The notes under the pieces: generated by a model
Databases searched by the model: none
Told to the model about the DNA's origin: nothing
The model's input: the letters and a program-made list of their open reading frames with translations, nothing else
Part shown: in pieces, positions 1 through 13,800 of the stretch
Position numbering within the stretch: the first letter of the stretch is position 1
Layout of the letters: each line of letters opens with the position of its first letter
Translations under genes and position numbers: made by a program
Assembly (NCBI RefSeq): GCF_016433145.1
Contig: NC_058134.1
Location: forward strand, 281,496,414 to 281,560,413
Source of the DNA: Gracilinanus agilis
Taxonomy: Eukaryota
Length of the DNA: 64,000 nucleotides
Reading direction: 5' to 3'

Positions 1-58
<58 letters not shown>

Positions 59-78
59 TGTGTGTGTGTGTGTGTGTG
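1..78. repeat. Compound microsatellite (AG)n(TG)n
   Basis: AG 1-56, TG 57-78; truncated by the window start. Confidence 0.95.
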
Positions 79-3000
79 TTAGTTAGGAACCAAATGACCC
101 AGTTAAGATGTTTTCATCAATCTCTTATTCAAAGATACTGACCATCCAACTAAATACATCATGCCCAGTATTTGTAACCTTGCCTTCAGTGGAACTGCCA
201 CCCCAATATAGAGATGAATCACATTTTAGAGCTAGAAGGGATTTTAAAAATCAAGTCAAACCTTTTTTTGTTGATTTTTTTTCTCCCTATCTCATTAGCT
301 TAAAACTCCTGTGGGTGTGAGAACCAAAGGATAAAGTTCTCAGGGAAAGTCATTGGATTGTTTTGGTCTTGAGAAGGTCAAGGGATCATCCGATAAAGCT
401 TTTTATTTGGTCCTAGCACCATTTGGGCATCTGCTTCTTTGACTTTCTTTACTGTTCTTCAGGACCTCTATCCAAGCCCTGTGGGAGGTCTTGTGTCTTC
501 CTGCTGTGAAGCTTGTGCTTATGGTCAACTAAAGGGGCTCCCTCCTCCCAAGCTGAGTTTGCTGTATTCCCCATCCTGAAAACAGATGTCAGAATCAGGG
601 AAAGCAGCTGTTTGACAACAGCTAGACCTGCCAGTGGGGGAATTCTCTCAGTGCCAGAACACTCCTGATCCAAAGAGGTGCCTGAAGGGACCATGGGCTT
701 CCTTCTGGAGGGAAAATTAAGAATGTTCATGGAATAGGAAGAGCTGGAAAAAGAGAAATGAAGAGTTGGCTCCCTGGAGGAGCCTTCCCAATCTCAGTCT
801 TCTTCAACCATTGGCAACTATTAGCTTATAATAAAATTGCAGATCTGGCTCAGCCATAGAGTAGTGAGTGCCCAAGATCTCCTGCCCAGAGCAGTCTTCT
901 TCCATGTCTAAAAAGATCTTCCCCCTAGACCCATCACTCCCACTGTGCCTCCTTCCTTCCTCCAATCCCCCATTTACTCTGCTTGAAGACAGCTCCTTGC
1001 ACCTGGCTTTGAGGAATACAAAGCTGGGACTGGACTGAAAAGAATGATTTGAAAGGCTAATTGAAGTTTCAGATCCCAGTCTGGTGTGGTTTCCCCCTTC
1101 CCCTTTAAACCAGCAAAACAAAGCCAGAATTGAAGGACACCACCCCTTCTCAGCCCCCACTGACTGCTCTCCATTGTCCTTATACTTCTCCCCCTATGGT
1201 TTCTGCTCTGGAGACAAAACCATGGACAGTCATTGAGACTGTGGGTGGAGCAGAGGTCCCAAACCCTTAAGCATTTTATTGCCTGCCCAGGTGAAGCCAA
1301 GGTTAGGCCAGAGCTATCTGTCTATTTAGTCACTTACCAGCTCATGGCATTTTCTTGCTAGCTACTTTTGCCCTCAGGTGTGGAGGAATCTAGAGGAGGA
1401 ATAAAATAAGTTAGCAAGATTTCCCTCAAAATAATACCTTGAATTTGTGTAGCTCCTTGCCCTGGTTGTTTTTAGAAACAACAGATCTTATTTGTCCCTC
1501 TGTAAGGTAAGTAAGATCATCATTATCATCACCATTTATAGAGGAAGAAACTGAGGCACAAAGCCAGTAGCTTTACCCACTAAAACCACACCTGATCTGG
1601 TATTCTTTCCATTACATCAAACCAAGGCCTGGCTGCTTTCGTGCCTCTCTCCAAGACCCTTCAGCCATGAGATGGTGTGAGTGAAATGTTTTCATCACCC
1701 TGATCATTCTTACACCTTGCCCTGGACTGGCAGTGTCCTTGCAGGAGCCCTTGATGGTCCAGGATTTGATCGTGAGTTAAGCAAACTATAGAGTATCTAC
1801 CATCTGCAGGGCATGCCAGGAATATTTGGTGCTATCTGTGTTTTGGGCTGAGTCCAAGATATCATTCCTTTGACTTGATATCATTCCCTTTTGGGGAGGA
1901 AGAACATGGTGGAGACCCCTTGTGTATTTAGGGTTACCTCATAAGGCCTAAAGGAGCAGGCCCTTCCAACCTGAAATTACTGGGAGAATTGAAGGAAGCA
2001 AAAGAACAAGGCCTTCAAAGAAAGAAAACCAAGATCACAGGCTCAACCCCTCCTTTCCTCCTCCCACTGCTCATTAGATCTCTTACTAGTGAGACTGACT
2101 TTGCTGGCTGGTCTGGGAGAGCTGCCCTTTGTCTCATCTCCCTCAGGACTGGCCTTCTTGAAAGCACAGATCAGACCTGGTCTTACCTTTGGGGTCAAAG
2201 CTCTTTGTATCTTCTAAAGTCCATCAACTGATGATTTTTGTTAGACTTACTGAGATCCTCAGTCCCTTGAGATTTCAGAGCTTGGAAGGAAAAAGGCCCT
2301 TCCCAGCTGCCCACACTGCTAATCTTGCTAGTCAGACAGAGAACTGTGTGTCTCAAGGAGAAGCTTAAAGGGCCTGGGCCCACACTGTGGCTAATGTGCT
2401 TTGGTGACCCAGAGCCAGCTACTCTTCCCTCCTTTCACTCCCTAACTCTCAGGATTACTTCTGCCTTTAGAAAATGCTGGAAGCTTTTTTTATCTGTTCT
2501 CTTGTAGAGAGAAGCTTAGGGTGTTTGACTTTTCAACCAAACATCAGGCAGAGAACTAAGTTTCCAGCTGTGGATGTGGTTTTGGGCTTCATCTTGGGGC
2601 TGTAGCCCCCTCTTCTGTGTTGTATTGTGGCAGTCTTAGTCAGAATGAGGTTTCCCCTCTGGATTTCTAGTTATATAATACACACACACATTTTAAAATA
2701 AAAACAGGAAAAACCAATGAGCTTTCCCCTTAAATACTAACTACTGTGTTCTCTGTGTGAATAGTTAGCCTTATGTAGACATTCTTTAGAAATGGAGTAA
2801 GGGCACTAAGTGTCACTTCAGCCATCTTATGCTTGGACCATGGAAATTCCTAAAAAACAAGATTCTCTAGGATCCTTCCAGTTCTGAGATTGTGATTCCA
2901 GAACAGAGCTGGGCAGAGGTGGGAATGACCCTCCCAGGTTGACACACTGAGAAAATCGAACAGTAGGATTGTTGCTCTTTACTGTTTCCATGATTTTAGG

Positions 3001-4139
3001 CCTTGGAGTAACACAAGAGAGCGTCACCATTTTATGTGGTAAGATGGGCAGCAGGGAGCCGAGGGGAAGAGAGAACTCTGAATTTTACTGGTTGGAAAGG
3101 CTGCGGGTACTTAAACCATCTGTTTGTGGTCTCTTGGTCACCCCAGGCTGCACCTGCCAGAAATCCTCTTGTCTTTCATGTTGTTGTTCCTGTTGAATGG
3201 GAGGGAAGTTACTGAGCAGGGTTGTCTGATATCTGGTGCTGACAGGGAGCTGTCTACTCCTCTTGCTTTATTCTTGGTTCTCTTGTCCTTCCTCACAAGG
3301 GGCTGTCATGGAGATAGGCTAAGCCTCTGCCCAGTGAGAAGTGGAAACTTCTGCCCAAAGAACCCACATTGTGAGTGAGCATAGGGACTCGGATCATAGA
3401 GCAAGCTTGGCTGTCTTTGGGATCTTCTCAAGCTCTTCTTCTGTTCTTCATCCTTCTCCTATTGCCTGTCCCACCAAAAATCCCTCCCCACCACAGTCTA
3501 CCCTACAAAGGCCCAGACCTTTGCCCTTCCATGTTCTTATTCCCATGTAACTCACACCTCAGCCAGGCCACATGGCCCAGTGGCAATGGGCAGGGTGGAA
3601 AAGTCAGCTTCTTAATTGCTTTGTGTTCTGGACCAAACCACTGCACCCTTTAGAGCCTCCTTTTCTTCTCTCTTAAATGGAGATAAACCTTGAGACCGCT
3701 GCCCTGGAGGATGTTGTAAAGAAAGCCACTCTATGCCGTGGTGGACACTAAATAAATATTAGCTCCCACCACTATATTATATTCTGCTTATTTGAAGTGC
3801 TCCCAGTTCTGCATGGCACTGAGTAAGGGACTCTTTGTCCCCTTTGGTAAAGGAGGCATCTGGCCCAGTTCTTAGTTCCTTTCTAACTCTCCACTGGTGG
3901 TCAGTGGCCTAACAGACCTCGGATAGTCCTACCAGAATTCAGGACATTTTAGGGCTCCTTGAGCTGAGGCCACATTGCTCTACTGAGTGGGTCTCTTGCA
4001 CCACCTGCTGGCTGGGAGTGAGCTTTGCTTGTTTCTCCATGCTACAGGTAACATGCCCTTCTTTAGCAGTGATGTTCAAAGATGAGGAAAAAGAACTTGA
4101 AAATCATGTTTGTTTGCATCGATCAGCAAGCATTAAGTG

Positions 4140-6580
4140 CAGGCTTTGGAGAACGTGGAATTCGAAATAAGTCTTGAAGGAATAAGTGGTGGAGGTGAGG
4201 AGGGCCAGTCAGCACAAAGGCCCAGAGAATCATAGGGAAAAAAGCAGGCCAGTGAGCAGACCATGGAGTATGTTAAATGAAGTAAGAATCCTGGGAAGGT
4301 AAGGAGGAAAGCAAGCTTGCCATGAGAATCAGGTACTAGACAGTGAAGTTTACATTTGATTCTGGAAGTAATGGGAAGCCACTGGAGCTTAGAGGGGAAA
4401 CAGACTTACCTTTAGTGGCTGTGTGGAAAGATGGCTTGGAGTGAGGATACCAAATAGAAAACATCATTGTTTTATATACCAATGGGGGGGTGCGAGGGAG
4501 TGCAGTTAAGAGGTAATGATGGGCTGGACTAAGCTGGTAGCTATGTGAGTGACAAAAGAGGGAAGAGTGCTAGAGATGTGACAGAAATGGAAATAACAAA
4601 ATTGGCCATAAGGAGATATTTAGGGTAAACAAGGGTGAATAGTCAAAGATGACTCCAGGGTTGTAAACCTGACTCTAGTATGTTTAGCAGAAATAGAGAA
4701 ATTCAGAAGAAGAATTGATTTTCAAGGGGAATGAGTTCTATTCTGGTCACTTTGAGTTTAGGGTGCCTGGAAGACATCTGTTTCCAAATGTCTACTAAAA
4801 ATTTGGTGATATGGAATTGGAGCTCAGGAGAGATTATAGAAGTTTTGGAGTCATTAGCATTGGGGCAAATCATTTCCTTGGGAGCTGAGAACACCAAGAG
4901 GATATATATATAGAAAAGGTCTAGAACTGAGTCTTAGGATACCCCATAGTTAGAGTGGGGTTGGAAAAAAATTAGGAAAGAGCCCTGTCAGGAAAATCCA
5001 AAAAGGAAAACATATTTAAGAGGAAAAGGTAGTCACCAGGGTCAAAAGCTGCAGAAATTTCTCAGAGGATCATTTTTAAGAACAAGCCCTTAGATTTGGC
5101 AGTTTAGAGATCAGTGGGTAACTTTGAGGAGAGCAAATTTCCAAGAGTGTAGAAGAGGCCCAGGTATGGTGGTACAGACCTGTAATCCTCCTCTTGGGAA
5201 GACTGTGACTGATGGTAGTGGATCTTTTGAGCTTCATGGCTTAAACATCTACATCTGGTTAGAAATGGAACAAGTCAAGAGTTGCCATGCTGAGCAGTAG
5301 TGGGATTGGATCTGTGGTTAGCCATTGTACTCTAGGATGAGTAAATTAGGGAGACCCAGTCTTTTAAAGGGGAGAGAAGTAGAAACATTAAATAATAAAT
5401 TTTATTTTTCAAGGATTTTGGATAAAGAGAATCAGGCAGGAATATCTAATAGTCATTAAATAGTGGGAAATCAGATCTGATGAGGATTTTCAAAAGTAGA
5501 TCTGGGTGCATTGATAGGCAGCAAGCAAGGAGCAGTTAAAGAGACTTGACAGATGGAGATGATGGTGTATGCAGTTTCCTGGAGAAGACAGAGGGTCCAG
5601 AGAGAGGGGTTGCCCTTGATTGGTAGGGCCATGATCAAAGCTGGTATGATGAAGGAATAGCACGGGTGATGTCGAGGCTTTGGCTAAAGAGAGACAAAGA
5701 GGAGCACCCAGTAGCATTGATTTACTCAGTTTAAGTAGTGGAAAATGTGGCAGGAGCAGTGGTGTAGACAACTGGAGAACAAAAGAGGCATAAAAGGGCT
5801 TCTGTGGGGAAGAAGGATGGAGACTCAGTCACAGAAGAGTAAAGGGGGCCCTCACTGAGATCAGATACAAAGGGGTAAAATCAGCATCACTGCATGACTT
5901 CCCTCCAAGTGGATCCAAGAGCCCCATGAATTAGAGCAGAGAGGCCCAAAGTTGCAGTGGTAGGATGACATTTTGGCAAAAGCACCCAAACTGGTTACCT
6001 TTAGAGTTGAAATTTGGAAAGGAGAATGTAGCTGAGGTGATGCCAGGAAAGGAAAGTCCAGTGGGATGGGAAGATTGGAGGAGATAATGAAGAGAATGAA
6101 TGGATTTAAGAAGAATGAGGTATGGGAAGAGATAGAAATGAAGAGAGATTATGGAAGAATTTTCAAGTCCTTCACCATGGAAGTGAACCCTGATGGATTA
6201 TGACAGGACTAAGGGTGTGACCAGTGCTGGGTAGACTGGAGGCTAGGTCAGGGGAATTGAGGAACTTAGGCTAGAACATAAACATGTATTTCTTGAAGTC
6301 CTTAGTGTCAGGGCAGCATGGGGAGAATGTGACCCACGCACAAAATACTTTGAGAAATGAAGGAGAACAGCCTGAAGATCAGGCGATAACTATGACCAGG
6401 ATCTGAAATGAGCAATAAATTTGGGTAGCGTGAATTTCAAAGAAAGAGGTTGCTGAGTGGAGCAATTTAGAGGGAGATTCGCCAAGTGGGGAGAAGAAAT
6501 ATTCTGACTAGGCTTTGAGGATTAGTGAGTTGGAGCTAAGGAGAAGCAGAGGCTGGTAGATGAGAGATGTGTTCAGCACT
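4140..6580 (-). mobile_element. Old L2 LINE fragment, interrupted by a 7SL-derived insert
   Basis: Purine-rich degenerate sequence with typical antisense-L2 phrases (GTCAAAGATGACTCCAGGGTT...; TAGATTTGGCAGTTTAGAGATCA). Edges approximate. Confidence 0.6.
5158..5364 (+). mobile_element. 7SL-RNA-derived retroposed element with a central deletion
   Basis: 5' GCCCAGGTATGGTGGTACAGACCTGTAATCC resembles the CpG-decayed 7SL 5' end; GGTTAGAAATGGAACAAGTCAA...GCTGAGCAGTAGTGGGATTGG...TAGGGAGACCCAGTCT matches the 7SL S-domain end and 3' end. Confidence 0.8.
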
Positions 6581-7867
6581 GGAAAGGGTGACCAAGAATG
6601 CTGTGTGGTGGGGGGTAACCAACTAACCAGCTAACCAACCAAGGAATGGCAGAAAGTGGAGAGGAAGAGGTCTAAAATGGAAAGGTGTGTGTGCATCATA
6701 AAGCAGGAGATGCAAAGCTAGGCAGATAATGGGGCAGAACACCCTGAGTGTAGAATTGAGGTGGTTGGGGACGAGGAATGTGTTCTACTTGCTTTCAGTC
6801 TTCCTCCCAAACCCTGTGAGCTCACTGCTGGAAGTGTTGTTATCCCAGTTTTACAGATCAAGAAACCAAGTAATTCTGCCTGGGGTCAAAAAGATAGTGG
6901 CCGGTCTAGGATTTGAACCTAGGTCTCCTTGGCCCTAAGCCAGCATTCTTTCTGCTGCTCCACATTGCTTGCCATGTGTAGCTGACAAGCACCCTGCTCT
7001 TGATGACAGTGGATTCAAAGGTGTCCAGTACCTCAGGTGGACACCCTGGTGGTAGACTGATGGCAGGAAATGGACAGGTGTTAGACATAGGTTAAGATCT
7101 GTATTGAAGGGAGTGCGATCAGAAATCCATTGGAATCTTGGGTTCATCTTATAGGTAATGAACCTTATTCAGTACTCCTAGGATTTAACTTGGCTAGTGG
7201 TAGAGAAGCTCATCTGCTGAGCAAAAGGGAAGAAGGCAGCCAGGAATTGCTATAGATAGCCATTGCAAGTGGATAATCCAGATGTGAGTAATTGAGAGTT
7301 AGTTATACATCTTCCAAGGAAATTGGCTAGGGGTGGAGGGATTTGAGGGGAAAATAAACCTTAATCCTTAGAAGAGTTTGTGGGTTTTCTTGGCGCTTTT
7401 AACCTGATGCTGAATGGGAACTCCACACCGGGTAAATAATCAAATAGGCTGGGAAATTTAACTCTTCTCTGTGGGAGAGGGGCTGCTGTTTGTACCTGGA
7501 ACACACTGATTTTGTGTGAACTTGCACTTCCCAATTATTGCCATTTCTTTGGCCTTCCTCAGTTTAACAGTGGCTGGCTTCAATGGCTTGGGTGCCAGAA
7601 GCCAGAGCTCTAGGGTAAAGTGGCATATCAAGCTGGGAATCAGGATGCCTGAGTTCCTACATACCCTGGCTTCATTTTCTGGGATTAGTTGTAAATCCTC
7701 TGTACCTCCCACCAGCACTTACAAGCTTCTCTGCCCACCGACTGAGGATGTTGGGAGAATAATTAAGTACAAGAGACTCTACCCTTAGAAGCATCTCATG
7801 GGAATTGGAGGAGTGCTATCCAGGTATGTGCACTGCAGCTCATACTTTCTTACTATCTCTGTTGCAG

Positions 7868-10800
7868 GTCTGATCTCCAGGTCCTCTCCCAAGAAGCCTC
7901 GTGGACGTAACATCTTCAAGGCATTTTTCTGTTGCTTCCGTACCCAACATGTTAGCCAATCAGGCTGCAGCAATGAGCTTGCTTCATACAAGGATGAAAC
8001 CAACACCATTGCCAAGGTAGCAGGGATGCCCTGAGAAATAGGGATGGAAATATAGTGGAAGGACCACTGTTTATTTGCATGAGAATATAAAAACCCTGGC
8101 CTAAAAGTCCCTAAAGGCCTAAAGAGTTCCTTATAGAATTGTCCATCTCGTTTCTAATCCGCTATCCTCATATAACTGCTAGGTGCCAGCCACTGTTGCC
8201 TTAAACCCCATGGTTCCCTAACCCACTTATGTCCCTGGTTGGCTATCCTAGGAGAATTTAGGGAACAATGGTCTCTCCTCCTTTGTAGTCTTCTCCATTG
8301 GCTCAGCTGCAAAGCTTAAAACAGTTCTTCAAGCCCACACCAAGATTCTCTTCTCAAAAAATCAATCCTCTGAATCTGCTTCCTTTGAGAATTAATCGCA
8401 CTGATCTCACTCCCTCTTCTCCTGTCTATACTCTATACCTCTGTATGGTAGACTTTGCAGCCATTTACTCTCTTTTTTTCCTCAGTAGATTATACAATCC
8501 TCAAAGAAAGAGAGTATGCCTTCCTTCCATTTTTATGTCCCCTTGACCAGATCTAGCCAGTTTGGGATTGCAACTTTTAAATTTCTTTGTAGCTTTAGGG
8601 TTTTTTCAGACTCGGTTGTGATTGTATTTAAGAATTTGAACTTGCGTTTTCAGATTTTGGAGATTCAACTTCCCAAGACAACCTCCATAAAACAGCATTT
8701 ATAAATCAAATTTAAGAAAAATAATTTCCCCTTAAAAAGACTTAGGGTAGTTTCTAGGGATGTCATTTAGGTAGGCCATACTGTACCAATCTCAGTCACA
8801 ATAAAGTTTTTTTTGGGGGGTGGGGGTCCCACAACAAAAGTTTTAATAAGCTGATGGAATCTGAGTACAGACCAAAACATAAACTATATTTCATGTTCTT
8901 TCTTCATTTTTTTGTTTTATTTTGAGTTTTTTCTTCAAGTTCTCTTCCACAAAATGACTAACATGAGAAAATTATTTTCTATTATTCCATCTGTAAAATC
9001 TGTGATTGCTTGCTGTCTTAGGAAGGAAGGAAGAGAATTTGGCTCAACATTTTTAAAAAAGGCAAAAGTTAAAAATTGTTTCTTATGTGTAATGAGAAGA
9101 AAGGAAGAAAGAAATAAAGGGGGTGGAAATCCATTAAAAAATGACTTAAAGACGGTCGCCAGAGTATTGAACTATTATCAATCCTCAGTTAAGAATAATC
9201 TCAAATCAAAATTGACTTTTATGAAGTTTATTTACATGAGAAGAGAGAGACTAAGTAAGGAAATAAGAATCTGTCCCACTAATTAATCCAGGTAGATCTT
9301 AACCCTCAGCCAGGGGTTAAAGGGCCTGAGGCCCAGAGGTCAATGGAGCAAACTTCATTCACAGAGTCTATAAAAAGAAGTTTCTTAATAGAAGTTCAGG
9401 AAGATTCAGTCTTTAAACTCACCACGTAGAACATCCCTGAGAAGTATGTGATACATATGCTTCCATGGAAGGCCCTGATTTCAGGGGCAAAGCAAGAGAC
9501 CAAACTTGAAGTATTATATGTGGGGTGAGCCTGAGTCTGCCTCTTGCATACTTTAGGTCTTGAGCTGGTCACTTTAGCTAGTATCTTAGGATCTTTACTA
9601 AGTTCCCTAGTGTCTTTTTTTTTTTTTTAAACCCTTACCTTCCGTCTTAGAATCAATACTTTGTATTGGTTCAAAGGCAGAAGAACGGTAAGGGCTAGGC
9701 AATGGGGGTTAAGTGACTTCCCCAGGGTCTCACAGCTAGGAAGTATCTGAGACTACATTTAAACCCAGGACCTCCCATCTCTAGGCCTGACCTTTAATCC
9801 ACTGAGCCACCCAGCTGCCCCCCTCCTAAGTATCCTAAGTATCTTTCAGGACAAATAGAGGGAGCTGAGAATCCACAGGCTAGACCTGTAAATATGGGAG
9901 CAAGAACTCAATTTCATTTAGACCCTGATGCCCCCTTTCCTTTTTGTAGCCACCCATGTGTCCCAACGTCTTTTTTGGGTAACTAATGTGGCCTCAGCCC
10001 TAGAGAGCCACCTTACACTGCTCTGAGGTGGTTGCAGTATGAAGGGGTAGTATTTTTCAGGTCTGATGTCTGAAACAAGACTCAGAGAACACTAGAGGGG
10101 GAAAACAGGGAGTTCTTTCACTGACACTTTTTCATTTCTCTTTCTAGTCGGATCTGCTCCAGTGTCTTCAGTACCAGTTTTACCAGGTATTTAATTATTA
10201 TTATTCCAGCAGGGCTGTTCTGAGCTTGGCCCTGAGACAAATCAGTGCCCAGGCCAACTTCCTGGGCTTTGGTGAGCTTTATAGAGATGCTAGAAAATCC
10301 TGGGATTTGGGATGGTCAGTTTACTGTCTCTGTTGGACAGTGACTCCACCCTAGTGTGGGGAGTGGTAATGAAGAGTGCTTCCTTCTCAAAACCTCTAGC
10401 TATAAGAATCTAGAGAGCAGGGAGGGCAGCAAGGTGGCTCAGTGGGTAGAGAGCCAGGTTTAGAGACAGGAGGTCATGAGTTCAAACCTGACATCAGATA
10501 TTTCCTCTCTGTGACCTCCTGGACAAGTCCCTTAACCCCAGTTATTTTAGCCCTTACCTCTCTTCTGCCTTGGAACTAATACTTAATATCTCTTCTAAAA
10601 CAGAAGGTGAGGGGTTTTCTGACAACTGTTCTAGGGATCAAAGTATTTCTGGTTGATTCTTCCTCTGACTAGTCCTCTGCCCCAAAGGGAAATTTTCAGG
10701 TTTCTCCCTGATTGGCCATGTCTTCAAGAATTTCAGGAAAGTAGGGAATCTGCCCTGCCTAAAGTTTTTACACATGATGGCGCTCAGGGAATGAAGACAC

Positions 10801-13800
10801 TTTTTACTTTTTGTCCACTCCACTCCTTGCCTTGTAAGGGTTCCTTTTTCTAGGAGTCTGTTTTCTAGCTCAGCTAAACATTCATATCCATAGGCAGATT
10901 GCTGCAGTGCTTCTAGCATTCCCAATTTTCCTGGGGAGAACCTAGTTATCTCAGTTGGAAAACTGATATCAGCTTGCCTTTGTTTATAGATTCCAGGAAC
11001 ATGCCTGCTCCCAGAGGTGACGCAGCAAGATCAAGGAAGGATCTGTGTGGTCATCGACCTGGATGAGACCCTCGTACATAGTTCCTTTAAGGTAATCTGG
11101 CTTCTTGAGCCCTCTTGCTATTCCTGGGTTCATCTTGAGAGCTTAACATGACTACCAAGATGCCAGATAGACCCTAATGTTGTGATCACCCAAATGCAGC
11201 TCTAAATAAGTTGATTATGCCCCTCTTCAGTTCTGCTCAGGTACGTATTGGTATTATCTGAGTCCTGCAAGAGTAGCAGGAAGAGAGAGAAAGACAACAC
11301 AGGTTGAAATGTAGTCTAGGGGCAGCTGGGTAGCTCAGTGGATTGAGAGCCAGGCCTAGAGACGGGAGGTCCTAGTTTCAAATCTGGCCTCAGACACTTC
11401 CCAGCTGTGTGATCCTGGGCAAGTCATTTGGCCCCCATTGCCTACCCTTACCACTCTTCTGCCTTAGAGCCAATACATAGTATTGTCTCTAAGACAGAAG
11501 ATGAGGGTTTAAAAAAAAAAGAAAAGAAAAAGAAAAAAAATGTAGTCTAGCCAGGGTGAGGGTAGTGAATGATATACCTAATTAAAACATCCTCTGCTTA
11601 GTTCAGGGAAGAAAAGAGAGAAAGACTCTCTCTTAGATTCCCACATGTTCAAACAACATTCCACTTAACACCCACAAAGAGAAAGCAATGGTGAAACCAA
11701 TGGGACTTGGGTGTGGTGCGGGCCCCAAGCCTGCAAGACGCTACAGTGCTTTTCAGCTTTCATCTTATCAAACAATGGTGGTAACTTCTAGCATGAAGAA
11801 CATCTCTGAGGGTGGGAACATGGAGGAGGGCTCCTCCTTAGTATTTTTACCACTAGTCTAAGATGAAGCCAACGCTCACTGAGAACGGGCTCCAGGTGCA
11901 GCTAGGTGGCTCAGTGGATTGAGAGCCATGCCTGGAGACAGGGGGACCTGGGTTCCAATTCTCTCTTCTTAGTTCTGTGACCCTGAGCAAGTCACTTAAC
12001 ACCCAAGAGCCCTTGCTGCTCTTCTGCTGTGGAACCCATACTTAGTATTGATTCTGGACAGAAGAGGAGGGGGAGAGGGGGAGAGATCTCCATTTTCTGC
12101 TATATTGACTCCTTCCTTAACTTTTCCTTCCAGCCAATCAACAATGCTGACTTTATAGTGCCTGTGGAGATTGAGGGGATAACTCACCAGGTAAGCAAGA
12201 CCCTGAATGTTGATGGGCTTGAGCCTGGGGCCAGAAGTGACTGTAGATCAGGATATAAGTAACAAATCATAGTGGGAGAAAACCAAAATGATTGGCTGCT
12301 TGGCTGAGGCGGCAACCCATCCAAAAGCCAGACAGGGTCAGGACAGACCTTGGGGTGGACACTGATGTCTCTGTGCCCTGTTGAGAGTGTAAAGAAAACC
12401 ATCCACAGAGATGGTGATGAGGTGGGAGGCCCTTGTGGCGGTCACTGTTATTGGCATGACAAGGCTTTTGTTACCCTTGCTGGGATTGGTGCTGCACAAG
12501 TGTTGTTTCCTTTGGTCAGCCAGGCATGTTTGATGGGGCCTAAAAAGGTGTCGGTCTGGCCCTTGGAGCCCTTGAGCTAGGGACACAGAAAACACTGTAC
12601 AAAGGAGGCCGCAGCCCGGGGCATCTGTGAGCTCATGAAAAGCCAAGCAGAGAGGAGGTGATTAAGGGGAAGATTGCTGGACTGGAGCCTCCAGTGGAGC
12701 TGAGGGTGGAAAGAGGGGTGTGATGACAGGACAGCATCTGTGGAATGGCCGAGCTACTTCTCTAGGACAAGCGGAGGGGCCTGGGGTGCTGATGGGCATT
12801 TCAGGGGTCTTGTTCTGGCTCCTCTTGTATGCCAGATGAGTTACGGGAGAGCATAGACCAGCTAGGACTTTGTGAGCTCTCCCAAATGATTGTAATATCT
12901 GGACAACAAAATTAAAGCATTTTATGAAAGCAAGACATGCTCAGAAGCCACAAATAAAAGTTTTTGGGTGGGGACCCCAAGCACAGAAGGACACAATTGT
13001 AGCAGCTATGGCGAGGGAAGGAGCCAGCACAGTGGGCACTTGAGACTTTTGCCCCTCAAGACAGGAATGCTTTTGGAGGAGGTGGTGTTTTAAGGTGACT
13101 TGACTCTCCTGCCAGAGCTGAAGAGAACAACAGCATCAGCTGAGGCTGCAGCCAGGTTCAAGTAATCCAGGATAGGCTGTGTCCAGCTGCAGGCCTATCC
13201 TTGATTGCTTGTTTCTGGAGGTAGCCCTCTGCACCCCGCCAGAAGCACACACTTCGGGCCTGCCTCCGGCCATGGAAATGGTCTTGGCTGCCGAGCCCAC
13301 GGATGGAGCCCGGGAAGAGGCAAGGTGAGTGGTGCTAGTCGGCCCAGCTAGTGAGGCGGAAGGTTTCCAGTCAGCTGCCCAGGACAGGCGAGGTCCAAGC
13401 ACTCTGTTGTTCCAAAGAGGCGCAGGCTGGGAAGGAGTCAGGCGATCTGGTGTGCACTCGTACCGAAAACCATCAAACCTTTCGCACTTTCTCCTTTCTC
13501 ACAGTTGCCTCTGGTTTTCTCCAGGTTTATGTGCTGAAGAGGCCGTATGTGGATGAGTTCCTGAGGCGAATGGGGGAGCTGTTTGAATGCGTCCTCTTCA
13601 CGGCCAGCCTGGCCAAGGTAGCCTGGGAAGCGCGGAGGGCAGAGGGTCACCCTGCCTGATAACGCGGGGCTCCCGGGGAAGGAAGGGCTGAGCCAAACCC
13701 ATTTCCTCTTCTATTCAGTATGCTGACCCCGTGACTGATCTCTTGGATCAGTGTGGCGTGTTCCGGGCCCGTCTCTTCCGAGAGTCCTGCGTGTTCCACC

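Noticed and set aside
1-7867. Missing CTDSP2 exon 1 (and EEF1AKMT3 exons 1-2 at the other end) as signs of pseudogenes
   Set aside because: The present exons are intact with good splice sites; the missing ones are most simply outside the window.
11320-11400. tRNA-like A/B-box heads (here and in other SINEs)
   Set aside because: They continue into CORE and SINE tails with TSDs; not tRNA genes.
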